DNA of 64,000 nucleotides, the filler included, from Lenisia limosa (lineage: Eukaryota > Protista > Breviatea), in assembly GCA_001655205.1 (NCBI GenBank). It is 11 parts of 11 records of this genome, joined end to end, with 100 filler letters (N's around TTAATTAATTAA, not from the genome) between each part and the next. Parts side by side here need not be neighbours in the genome. Positions count along the whole stretch, not along the records: positions 32,618 to 44,265 come from LPNZ01010269.1; positions 44,366 to 46,073 come from LPNZ01005017.1; positions 46,174 to 55,079 come from LPNZ01007555.1; 8 more parts are not named here. One strand, 5' to 3'. Below are positions 38,131 through 48,659 of this stretch, in pieces (position 1 is the stretch's first letter; each line of letters opens with the position of its first letter). The position numbers were made by a program, and so were the translations under genes. The notes beneath the pieces were generated by a model. The model ran no database searches and was not told where the DNA came from. It saw only the letters and a list, made by a program, of their open reading frames with translations.

Positions 38131-40119
38131 ACATTGGATGGGGGGGGGGGTAATTATCCGTATAACTCAGTCTTTACTTCCGCTGTCATATTATCAATAT
38201 TGGAGCATCACTATCTTCAGCTCAATTATGGAGAGAGTGAGAATGAGGCTGGCGCGCATTTTCAGCAGATGCATGCACTTCCGCCGCCGAACACCCTCAA
38301 ATGCCAAGAGAGGAGTTAGAAAGGGCCTTTTGCTACCTCCTACAGCGGAATAAGTTACATTACAATAATTAATTTAAATACAGGAGCATACTAGCAATTC
38401 TCAACAACACTCGCAAATTCACCCTTTGACTTTATCTCTAACTGGCTGCTTTTTACTTTTTAGTCTTTTTGAATTTAAATGCTTCAGCTGTAATTAAAGC
38501 TTCTTTTAAACATGGCACCATGTCCGGCAATCGATTGGGAGCCGACTGGCGATGAACATTATGTGAGTTAGATATGTCGGTTCGGATGGTTGTGCATTAC
38601 CTCTCATCATTTTTGTGTCGCCTATTCTCACATAACATTCATATTTAATTGTTCAATAGATTAATTCCGTTTTCAAAGAAATTCTAATTCCGTGCCATCA
38701 TGCCATTCAGTTCTGTGTATTTTGATTGTAATTTTTTTCTTTTACACGTGTTGGCAACAATTGAGTTAGTGATTTTTAAACTGACAACTTGACCAATTTC
38801 TTAGAGTGACACTTTGACTGATGTTGATTCTTCTGGAATAGGTGGGGTGGCTGATTTAATATTCATTATTTGTATTATAAAGAAAATTATGCTAAAATTT
38901 CAGCATTTGGAATAATGCTGGTGGTCGGCGGTTTCTACTCAGTTGTCCCCCAGCACACAAAGATTTTCCGAAATCGAACATCCGAGGGGGTCAACGTCGC
39001 TTTTGTTCTTTTGGTTTGCTAATTGTGAACCTTAATTATTGCTGTAGTTGATAATTAATTTGTGTCTCTCCATCGCTGCGGCAGTAGCACTAAAGATGCC
39101 GCAGATCTATGCTTGTCAGGAAGTGGTAGGTTACCACATATTATTGCTGAAACTGACAATTAGGGGTGGCAGGAGTGCAGCAAGTCCGTCTTGACGGTCT
39201 ACCAGCTTGTCTCACAGTTTCTAATCACATACCCCCTCGCTATTGTTATATTCGCATTTTACCCTAAGAGAGGTTCAGAAAGGCCTTCCGGTTTGTGATA
39301 AAAAGTGCGTCACTTTTCAAGGTTCCAAAACTCTAGGGCTCTGGGTCACAATTTTCCTCTTAATTTCTGCACTCATTTTAAGCACTTTTGGTAGGGGAAA
39401 TGGCAATCTTATCATTTTGTAGCGTTAGTCTATGTTTTTGCATCCAATGACGGACCTTGTTCGGAGAGCCTTCAGATGTTGGGCAAAATCTGCGGCGTCG
39501 TTTGTGTCTTTGTCAATTTAGTTCAGGTATGTTTGTGAAGGACTGAGAATTTGGATGCCTATTGAAAAACAACCAAACAATAGAAGATTCGATTTTCAAA
39601 TTCCTTCCACTTACACAATATTAACGTGTAAACTATGTGTAGGTTCAGCCGCAGATTTGGAAGACATTTCTTTCCAAACGAGTTGGGTCGTTCAGTATTA
39701 AAATGATGTGCATCCAGACTCCAGGTACGCGACCTTTGGCTCATAATCTTCAGGGGCTTTTGCATTGCTGTACTTCCAGGCAGTTGTTCAGCAGGAGTCC
39801 ATTTTTGTTTGGATTGGAGTATTGTCCAACTGCATTCAACTTACCATCTTGCTGCTTCTCTTAGTATGCCATATACCTCCTTTCACTAAACTCAGATGAA
39901 ATACGCCAAGTTTGGCGAGGACAATGATGAAGAAGAAAAGCTGCTGGATAGTGACGACGAGAACGTAGGCTAAGGCGCTACTCATTTCTATAGGTGAATA
40001 TAAACGGCTCTCTCAATTAATGGAACTAATAATGTATGTATATTAGAACGAATAAATATGGTCAAAGAAAAGTTCAGACCTGGTAATGACATTACTTTGG
40101 AAAAGATTGTGTGGAATGA

Positions 40120-42071
40120 TCACACTGATCTGGCACGGACAATCGGGCTCATTGGTTGTTGCGGCGGCTCTTCCTTTTCAGAGAGCAATGATGAGTACAT
40201 TAAAATCAAGAGAACTGCCACCACCACCATCACCAGAAGCATCTAGAAGGTTATGAAGGGAATGTCACATCAAATTCTGTTGCGATTCCTCACATTGAAT
40301 GTCTTGTTGTTGACATTCACATTCAATTGTCGTTTCCGTGACTGTCTACAAGGTAAGGAAAAACTTGAAGTCCATTAGAGATAAAGATCNNNNNNNNNNN
40401 NNNNNNNNNNNNNNNNNNNNNNNNNNNNNNNNNNNNNNNNNNNNNNNNNNNNNNNNNNNNNNNNTCTTCAGACATTTCAATCACCCTAAAATATGTTATA
40501 TTCAGGTATCATATGTAAACCCATACACGGACTCCTGTTGAGGGGGGCATGCAGGCCTCGACGATGGTCTGTTTATCGCTTCATTATGTGGAGTGGAAGG
40601 TGCAATGTTCTAAAGTAATAATAAGAGACTTCGTCTCAATAGTAATACCATGAGGGAGACACCGTTAATGGCGAAGAAATACACACTCCAAAAAATGAAA
40701 GGGAAACAGTTGGTCCACATACATCTTGAAACGTTTCTTCGTGGCCTTCGGAAAGTAATTCGACTATGCGTGTGTACCATGGGGCATCAGCAAAAGCCTG
40801 AAGCGTCAGACCGAAGAAGTGTGATGTGAGAAGCATGTTTGTTTTATTGTTGTTGGTTGCTTCTGTGAACCCAAACAGTGGCATTTCCAGACCTCTTTCC
40901 ACGATTCGGTCAGGAAGGAGCTTTCTCGCGGGGGGTTGGAAGGAAACAACGTTTTCTATAGTAGTGAGCAGGCACTTGAATATAGAACCAACATTGCACT
41001 TCGGACAACAAAATCCGGATGGCGCCACTGTAGCCTCATAGGCTTGAAACTTATTGTTTAAACACTCCTTGTGGACAATATCTAGATTTGGTGAGAGTGA
41101 TAAAATGTCTGTGTATGGTGGGGGCATTAATTGAAGAGGAAAAAAGAGGGGGTGAGGGTAAATCGCATCTCCCATTATGGGATTAACATTCCCACAAGTT
41201 GAGGAGAGGTGAGTAAACCCATCATGAGAGATGAGGAGAGGTGAGTAAACCCATCATGAGAGATGAGGAGAGGTGAGCATGAGAGATGAGGAGAGGTGAG
41301 TAAACCCATCATGAGATGAGGAGAGGTGAGCATGAGAGATGAGGAGAGGTGAGTAAACCCATCATGAGAGATGAGGAGAGGTGAGCATGAGAGATGAGGA
41401 GAGGTGAGTAAAACACAAGTCCACATAATGTATGTATATATGAAGTCTATGATGAAATTGTGTAATAAGTAGGGCTTCACTTCGGTTCCAAAAAAGACTG
41501 AATTTCTCAACAAATCCTCGAAAGCTATCGACATTTTCCTCTCTGTAGCTGTTTGTAGCTATAAGAAAAAACACAAATAATCAGTTTAGGACTTCGTACG
41601 AGTAACATTGTGAGGCAATATGAATGCATTGGAAGAAGAATGTAGACAAATAATGTAGACCTTATCACAATTAAAATAAAAGGTGATGGTGATGAACAAA
41701 ACCCTTTGTACACTACATGGTAAATGGAAATAAAGCCTTAAGAAATGGAATATCTTAGGCCAAGAATTCAATTTTTTGCCTCAAACTAAAGTACAAATGA
41801 ACTGGTTTGAAAGGGCTGCCGTTTCAAGGAACAAAAAAGGAACAAGGTGTCTCAGCGTACCAAGGCAAGGAAGTCTTATGGTGTCATTATCAACGAGGGG
41901 AAGGTCACAGAGGGTGCATATACAAGGCCAGTCATGTTCACTGTCTTCAAGCCACTCCATATAGGTTCGTACAGTACAGTTAGGGTGGTGCTGGACACAA
42001 TTCGGGCAAATGTGCTTCAGATGGACAAAACAATAGTTTTGCGTATTTTTTTGACATTTACACAGTCCCAT
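40120..42071 (-). CDS. ZFPL1: Zinc finger protein-like 1 (Golgi)
   Basis: N-terminus MGLCKCQKNTQNYCFVHLKHICPNCV..HPNCTVRTYMEWLEDSE..CTLC..TIRLPC, later TVAPSGFCCPKC, then a C-terminal TM (LLVMVVAVLLILMY) and TGA at 40120-40122. Confidence 0.9.
41200..41412. repeat. Minisatellite of mixed 32/21-bp units (GAGATGAGGAGAGGTGAG-TAAACCCATCATGA / -CAT) in a ZFPL1 intron
   Basis: About eight contiguous units, no spacers. Confidence 0.9.
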
Positions 42072-42311
42072 AGCTACAAACAGCTACAAAGAGGCCAAAT
42101 ATGAGGCCAATAAGCGAAATATTTTGATGAAAAAGGGAATTTTATCGATATTTCGAGCGATTTCGTTTATACTTAAACTTGATGGCCCAAGGAAGATTTC
42201 TTCTTAAAACCGGTGTTAATACTCAATGATAATAGCAACAACTTAGATTTTACGATAATTACTTTCTAAAGCAGCTTGCCTGTTTTTTGTTCGCCTTTCC
42301 TTCTTTGCATA

Positions 42312-44265
42312 ATGGGGGGAACTGCCGAAGAAAGTACTGTATCGGAGAGCAGTAATGCTGTGGACTCTAAGAAATCAGGCAATAGCAAAATGGGCACCTT
42401 TTTCAAAGCTGCCTGGTTTAGAGTGGTGTTCCCGTTCATAATTGCTGCAGCCGCTGCTCTTCGCTTCACCTTGCCATCCGCAATCTATCTTTTGGGCTTT
42501 TTGTTGGTATCCACCCGAAGAAAAATAAATACCACCCAAAAAGGTTTGTCTATTTATTACTTGATCTCTCTAGACCTCAATTATCTTCGCAATGTCATGG
42601 TGTTCCTGGTGGTCTTTTCTGCCATCGCAACTTTTGGACATTTAGTGGTGAGAAGTTCAAGTGTTTCACAATGAGCATCACTACTCAAACACCAGAAGGC
42701 GGGGGGGGGGGGGNNNNNNNNNNNNNNNNNNNNNNNNNNNNNNNNNNNNNNNNNNNNNNNNNNNNNNNNNNNNNNNNNNNNNNNNNNNNNNNNNNNNNNN
42801 NNNNGTTGTTGAGCTTGCGGTTTACCTTTTGATATATCACTAATTGTTGTTTTAGGTTGGTGTTTTGACAGTTGTGAAAGAGAGTTTGATTCCTGTTGAC
42901 GGCAAAGAAGCAGACATTCTTCTTGCCTTCAACGTCAAGAGGTGGGTACCAATGAGGCTCGTGGCTGACTTCATTTAGTTTCCACGGCATGTCCCTGACA
43001 GACATTCTCAGCTGGGTCATCCCGGATATTGCAGTTCTCATCACAACCGTCTTATCACTCTCGATCAAACGGACTGTGGGCTTCGGCTGGACTTTTTGTC
43101 TCAAATCATCAGGTGTATTCAAAAACACGTTTTTTTTTGTGAGTTACTGCTCTAGGTATCTGCCCCACACAGTCCCAATTCAGGGCGAACTGAGCTCAAG
43201 TAGGAGGGGGGATACCTTAATGCTATGGCATAATATTCTGCAGTTTTATTAGGCATCCTTTGTCGCGGCGATACCATCTAAACCCTAGAGAGTCTACGGT
43301 ATTCCATTGGATGGCCACTGCAGTACTAATTGGCCCGGTTGCGTGCTACCCATCCGTTTTTGGCTTCAGTGGGGGGAGGGTCCTAAAGCTTTTGACCGCA
43401 GAGAGGGATATATTTCTTGTATATACATATATAATATCATATATGTAAGTCTTTGTTGTACCAGATGTTTTGCTGTAGGGTGTATTTCGAATAAGAACAA
43501 AGTATATAGCTACACTGACTAGGATAAATCGTCACCAATTTTCCTTGGGAATGATTGATTTAGCAAATCGGTCAAGACTTATCCCGGACACTGTATATCT
43601 TTGTTTCGGAGAGAATATTTGGACATAGATAGTTTCTCACCATTTAGTTTACCTTGTTGTGATGACTGTTTTGGTCTTCATGGGCGCCTTGCATCCGACA
43701 CACCCTTTGACTCCGTTCGGGGGATCTTCAGTCTTTTTTGCAAACACTAGAAGGGTTACTATCACCAAAATGACCAAACACAACCGCCTCATTTCAGTCA
43801 ATTACCTCTTATTTCCCAGGATGTCCGGGTTTTGGCAGATTGTACAACTCTTCACAGCCCTGCACCTGATGCTTTTCTTCTTTTTCCAGTTCGATGTTGC
43901 TCAGGATATTGCTGAGTCCAAGGTTGGTGCGAAAACTGTATTTAGAGCAAGCATCAATCCAATGACTGTTCATATATAATCCTGAACATGATGCTATAAT
44001 GTTAATCAGATATTTGATTCTTCCAGGTCGCGGTAGTTGCTGGTTTGGGACACATCAAAGACGAGAGCCTTTCGAACCTGAGTCAGTTGTCTCGCCAACT
44101 TGCCTACTACTCTCTCTACATCATCACAATTGTGGTATGCAAGTGATACGTATGGCTTTCTTATTTTCCGGAAATACGAGGAAATGGATTATGATTATGG
44201 ATGCTGTTTGAGACATTCAGTCTTTTTGGACCAACACTTCACCCCCCAGGTATCCCTTCACTTCA
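42312..44265 (+). CDS. PIEZO: Piezo mechanosensitive channel, N-terminal part
   Basis: FPFIIAAAAALRFTLPSAIYLLGFLL, WVIPDIAVLITTV, VACYPSVFG and ALHLMLFFFFQ occur in the order of the Piezo N-terminal TM repeats. Confidence 0.82.
43513..43593. mobile_element. Tc1/mariner-like MITE (family M1)
   Basis: TA-flanked on both sides; TIR consensus CAGTGACCGGGATAAGTCTTGACCGATTT. Other copies at 9610-9678, 16212-16289, 55267-55339 and ~62750-62829, plus a half copy at ~58722-58752. Confidence 0.75.
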
Positions 44266-44381
44266 NNNNNNNNNNNNNNNNNNNNNNNNNNNNNNNNNNN
44301 NNNNNNNNNTTAATTAATTAANNNNNNNNNNNNNNNNNNNNNNNNNNNNNNNNNNNNNNNNNNNNCCCCCCCCCCCCCTAG

Positions 44382-45976
44382 GCCCAATGGTATATGGTAT
44401 TGCATACTGCCCGGTTGAAAATCACGACAAAATCAAAAAGGAAGGCTTTGATGGTGGGGAGGGGTACCTGACATAAAAAGGAAGGCTTTGATGGTGGGGA
44501 GTGGTACCTGACATAAAATAATCCTTACTTACAACTATTCCAAACCTTCTACTCTTACATACAGCCGAATTCTTCTATTTAGGACTCTATGCAATTAATT
44601 GAGACTGAGACATACACATACATCCATATGTAAAATTTTGAATCGAAAAACAATAAAATGGGCACTTCATATTCTTACAACTTATATAATCCTCATACTC
44701 TTACACTCTTACAACTAATGTAATCCTTCTATTCTGACATTCTTATTACTGATTCAATCCCTATTACTACATTGTAGGGCCGAGTGCAATTAATTGTTAT
44801 CTTGTGACTCCAAGATTCATGCAACTTTTGACAAATATTAGATTCGAAGCAGGTGACAAAGGAGAAGCGTGAGGAGCTCTTTGAGATCATTGAAAAGGAA
44901 GAAGATGGGCTCAGTATCGGGTATGTGGGGGGAGGGCTGTTTGCAATTGATTTTACACCAGCATGTGAAAGAAAACCCCCATTAAAGTGTAAAATGAATG
45001 GATGATATTGCCCTTTATGCTCGGAAGTTATATTACCCTTCATAAAATCGTATTGTCACAATACACACTTGATGATGTGAACAGCTTCGGCCTGATCCTT
45101 TTCTACTCACTATACTCCCGCGGTGCTGCAGAAGCGACTGGCCTGAGCTTTGTTTGTTTTGCTATCACCCCTCGTGTGTTGTCAGCCAACAGAGTTAATT
45201 TGGGTTTTTTTATTTTCCAATTTTACCCCCCTCCCCAGATATGCCACATCATCAATGTCTGCCAGCTTTATCTCTGCAGCCATGCTGAAGGAGTGGGGGG
45301 TCACATAGATATATCGAAATTTGCTTTGTTTTACGTTAATATATCGATATTCCACAATTTTCCCATTTTACACCATAACATTCCTTGCTTACCCCCCCTC
45401 CCAGAGCCCCATACAACTTGAACGCTATGAGTCACGACACCGCCATGGGTCTGATTCAGCATTGCCTGGATTTGGGCCTGAATGTGACTGAGGTGCGGCG
45501 GGATGTATTGAATGTGACTGAGGTGCGGCGGGATGTATTGAATGTATAAATAAACTAGGATCATAGAAAGTAAAGTCTCTATTGAAACTAGGATCATAAA
45601 GAGTAAAGTCTCAATTGAAAATGGATCATAGAGAGTAAAGTCTCTCTTGAAACTAGGAACATAGTCGGTTGACTGGTACACAAAACAAAAACACACGCAC
45701 AGAAAACGACAGAAACAGAAAGATGGGGTGGACAAAAAGGCTTCAGCCAGATACCACCTTGTTTCATTCTCAACTTCACATTTATAATAATTCCCCCAAA
45801 CTTCACAAACTTCCCAGCTCTCTCTGTATTAAATTCACTCCTAATTCCCCCCATAATTCCACGCTAAGTCCATGGATAATTCCATAAACCCCCAGCTCTA
45901 TGTCGACACAGTAGGGCCTGCTGAGAAGTATGAACAGAAGCTCAAAGGCAGATTCCCCCAAATTGCTCTCATACAG
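44382..45976 (+). CDS. RNASEH2A: Ribonuclease H2 catalytic subunit A, internal fragment
   Basis: Exons 44382-44453, ~44841-44920, 45239-45292, 45405-45492 and 45896-45976 splice in frame to [58 protein letters not shown]. Confidence 0.92.
45123..45238 (+). repeat. Family C intron-3'-end repeat, representative copy
   Basis: GTGCTGCAGAAGCGACTGGCCTGAGCTTTG..CCCTCGTGTGTTGTCAGCCAACAGAGTTAATTTGGGTTTTT..TTTTCCAATTTTACCCCCCTCCCCAG ends exactly at an RNASEH2A acceptor. Copies at ~1714-1790, 2548-2700, 3318-3422, 5629-5810, 5830-5920, 11295-11421, 17314-17436, 18450-18578, 20940-21030, 22607-22712, 46490-46524, 46710-46795, 47411-47435, 48016-48049, 50998-51160, 55740-55770, 58855-58928 and 61480-61555. 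Confidence 0.85.
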
Positions 45977-46524
45977 GTGTGGGGGGGTCTAGACAGATTG
46001 AATTGCCCCGACACAGATCGGGGGTTTTGAATAGTTGATCTGGGCTTCTTTTTTTTGTTTCATAGATTTCCAANNNNNNNNNNNNNNNNNNNNNNNNNNN
46101 NNNNNNNNNNNNNNNNNTTAATTAATTAANNNNNNNNNNNNNNNNNNNNNNNNNNNNNNNNNNNNNNNNNNNNTGTATCAGATCATGTATAAATGGAATG
46201 TGGCAGCTTCCAATCAACATTACCGCCCAGCCTCCTTTATATCATGTGGTCTTTGGGGGTGCCTGCACGCATTATCTTCCACCCACCCACCCCAGTTGTA
46301 AAGGAGTTTGTAGACAGATATATCGAAATCTAGTTTATGGTCTTCTCTCACCCCCCCCCNNNNNNNNNNNNNNNNNNNNNNNNNNNNNNNNNNNNNNNNN
46401 NNNNNNNNNNNNNNNNNNNNNNNNNNNNNNNNNNNNNNNNNNNNNNNNNNNNNNNNNNNNNNNNNNNNNNNNNNNNNNNNNNNNNNNNTCATAAAATTTC
46501 CAAATTTACCCCCCCCCCCTTTAG

Positions 46525-48491
46525 GTGTGCGTATCAACTCAGAACCTTTACATCCATGAAGACATCCACGATAAGGCAGTGGAAATGCTCAAGGAACAGG
46601 TGGGATGGTTGGGTTAGAGCTTCATCATGACGATTCCAAAAAGACTGGTAAATAACATATGATTCTTTATAGTACATTGTAATATACTATATTATACTCT
46701 TAATCCAGAGTGTGTTGCTGTAGAAGCGACTAGCCTGGGCTTTTTGTTTTGTTATTTTCCACTCCTCTTGTGTTTTATGATGCGTCACCGTTCAGACTGC
46801 TGAGCTGGTGACGGGAGACCCCTTAGACAGCAACACCGACGTCGGCCCAATTGTCTCAAAATGGGAACTTCAAAGAGTGTGTTGCGTGCAGGAGAGGGGA
46901 CATTTCATGATACTGGGTCTTACTATTTGTCCTCGAAAAAGCCCTGACAGATTAGGTTGATGAGTGGGTGAAAGACTCAGTTTCTAAGGGTGCCTCTCTC
47001 GAAATGGGTGGCCATGCGGTTGAAGGTATGGCTTGTTTTGTCAGTGAATATTGAGGGGGGATGGACTGCCTTCCTTCTCAAATGGATAAAGGTTCACTTT
47101 TGGTTCCGGTTCCGGTTAAACGAAACCGGGAACCGGAACCGAGTGAAGCCTTTCAAATGGGTTCACCTTTTGATCTTCTGCTCTTTTAACACTGTAGACA
47201 AACCCTCATGCTATGCTCCCACCATCCTAACCAACTGTGACTATTCAATGGCAAGTGTCAATGATGAAGTCTTTGGTCCGGTGCTAAACGTCATGAAGGT
47301 GGCTTGGTTACATGATATAGTTTTTTTTTTGTTGGTTTGGAGTTTTAGATTATTCGGTTCGTGATTAGTATCGCCGATATTCTTCATCGAAATTTCCTTC
47401 GTTTTCCTACGCTGGAGTGATGGGATGCGGTGCTGNNNNNNNNNNNNNNNNNNNNNNNNNNNNNNNNNNNNNNNNNNNNNNNNNNNNNNNNNNNNNNNNN
47501 NNNNNNNNNNNNNNNNNNNNNNNNNNNNNNNNNNNNNNNNNNNNNNNNNNNNNNNNNNNNNNNNNNNNNNNNNNNNNNNNNNNNNNNNNNNNNNNNNNNN
47601 NNNNNNNNNNNNNNNNNNNNNNNNNNNNNNNNNNNNNNCCAAGCCGCAATGTACTCCAATAACATCAACAACGTATGAAATATGCTCTAATAACATCAAC
47701 AACATATGAAATATGCTCCAATAACATCAACAAGGTATGAAATGTGCTCCAATAACATCAACAAGGTATGAAATATGCTCCAATAACACATGAACGTATG
47801 AATCTACGAATCACATCAAAGATTCACCCCTAATACAGTATCTCTTATTAGCGTGAGGTTTGTGGGTGGCTTCTGCCAGGTACAACCTTGTTTTATCTCC
47901 TATCTCTACATGCAATCCCCCCACCCCCTAGTGTAGGATGAATTCTGGACACACTTGTTACACCAGAGCTTGATCTCACTCATATCTTTAACTCTCTTGT
48001 GGTTGCCCAAATGCTTGCCAACAGAGTTGATTGTGGTTTCATCCCCCAGGGCCTAGATGCGGCAAAGAATATCGACTGCAAGGCCTTTATGGTCAATGAC
48101 ATGACTGCTTTTAGAGTGGATTGGATGCCGTGAGGGGGGGGGGTCAATGAATATGTTTAAACACTTTAGTTCATTACAATTGGTTGCTTTTATTCATGCC
48201 ACCTGCAGTTTTCACAATCAGTTTCACCTTTATATTACATGTAATATAATCGATGAGCGATTAAATTATGTGTAAAAAAAAACTGAATCCTAGTTTTTTG
48301 GCAATTACAACAAGAAAAGAATTTCAAAAAAAACACTTGTTTATCGCACTATTAGCGACACTAACGCCATTTATTGCCTCAGATTTGGCGGCCGCGGTGA
48401 GTCCGGGTTGAACCTCGGAGGCATCCGAGACAGCATCTACGACATGACCGAGGAGAAGCTGATCGTCATCAAAACCGCGCCGCCGTCATGA
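46525..48491 (+). CDS. Aldehyde dehydrogenase, C-terminal half
   Basis: Exons 46525-46599 (VCVSTQNLYIHE, catalytic Cys), 46796-46876 (GDPLDSNTDVGPIV), 46956-47025, 47198-47298 (EVFGPVL), 48050-48129 and 48383-48491 (RVDWMP|FGGRGESG..DMTEEKLIV, TGA). Phases are consistent. Confidence 0.9.
47650..47790. repeat. 31-bp minisatellite (AAATATGCTCCAATAACATCAACAAGGTATG)
   Basis: About 4.5 tandem units in an ALDH intron. Confidence 0.9.
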
Positions 48492-48659
48492 GGCATTTCT
48501 TCGCTTTCTTTCTTTCTTGTTTCAATGTCATATGTTTCCCTCCATCTTCTCAGGGGTCGAGTTGTAGTGGCTAGTCCACATTATTGCGAACAATAAGTTC
48601 CCAATTTGATTGGTTCACATGGGAAGTTGCCATTGGGCATAATATGTTAACAACTTCAA

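Noticed and set aside
45085-45122. Possible mini-exon ([13 protein letters not shown]) that would make family C an entire 116-nt intron
   Set aside because: RNase H2A homology is satisfied by joining 44920 directly to 45239 in phase, so C is only the 3' part of a 318-nt intron.
47650-47790. CRISPR-like periodic repeats (also 41200-41412, 50444-50512, 57757-57819)
   Set aside because: Units are contiguous with no unique spacers, there are no cas genes, and the context is eukaryotic introns.
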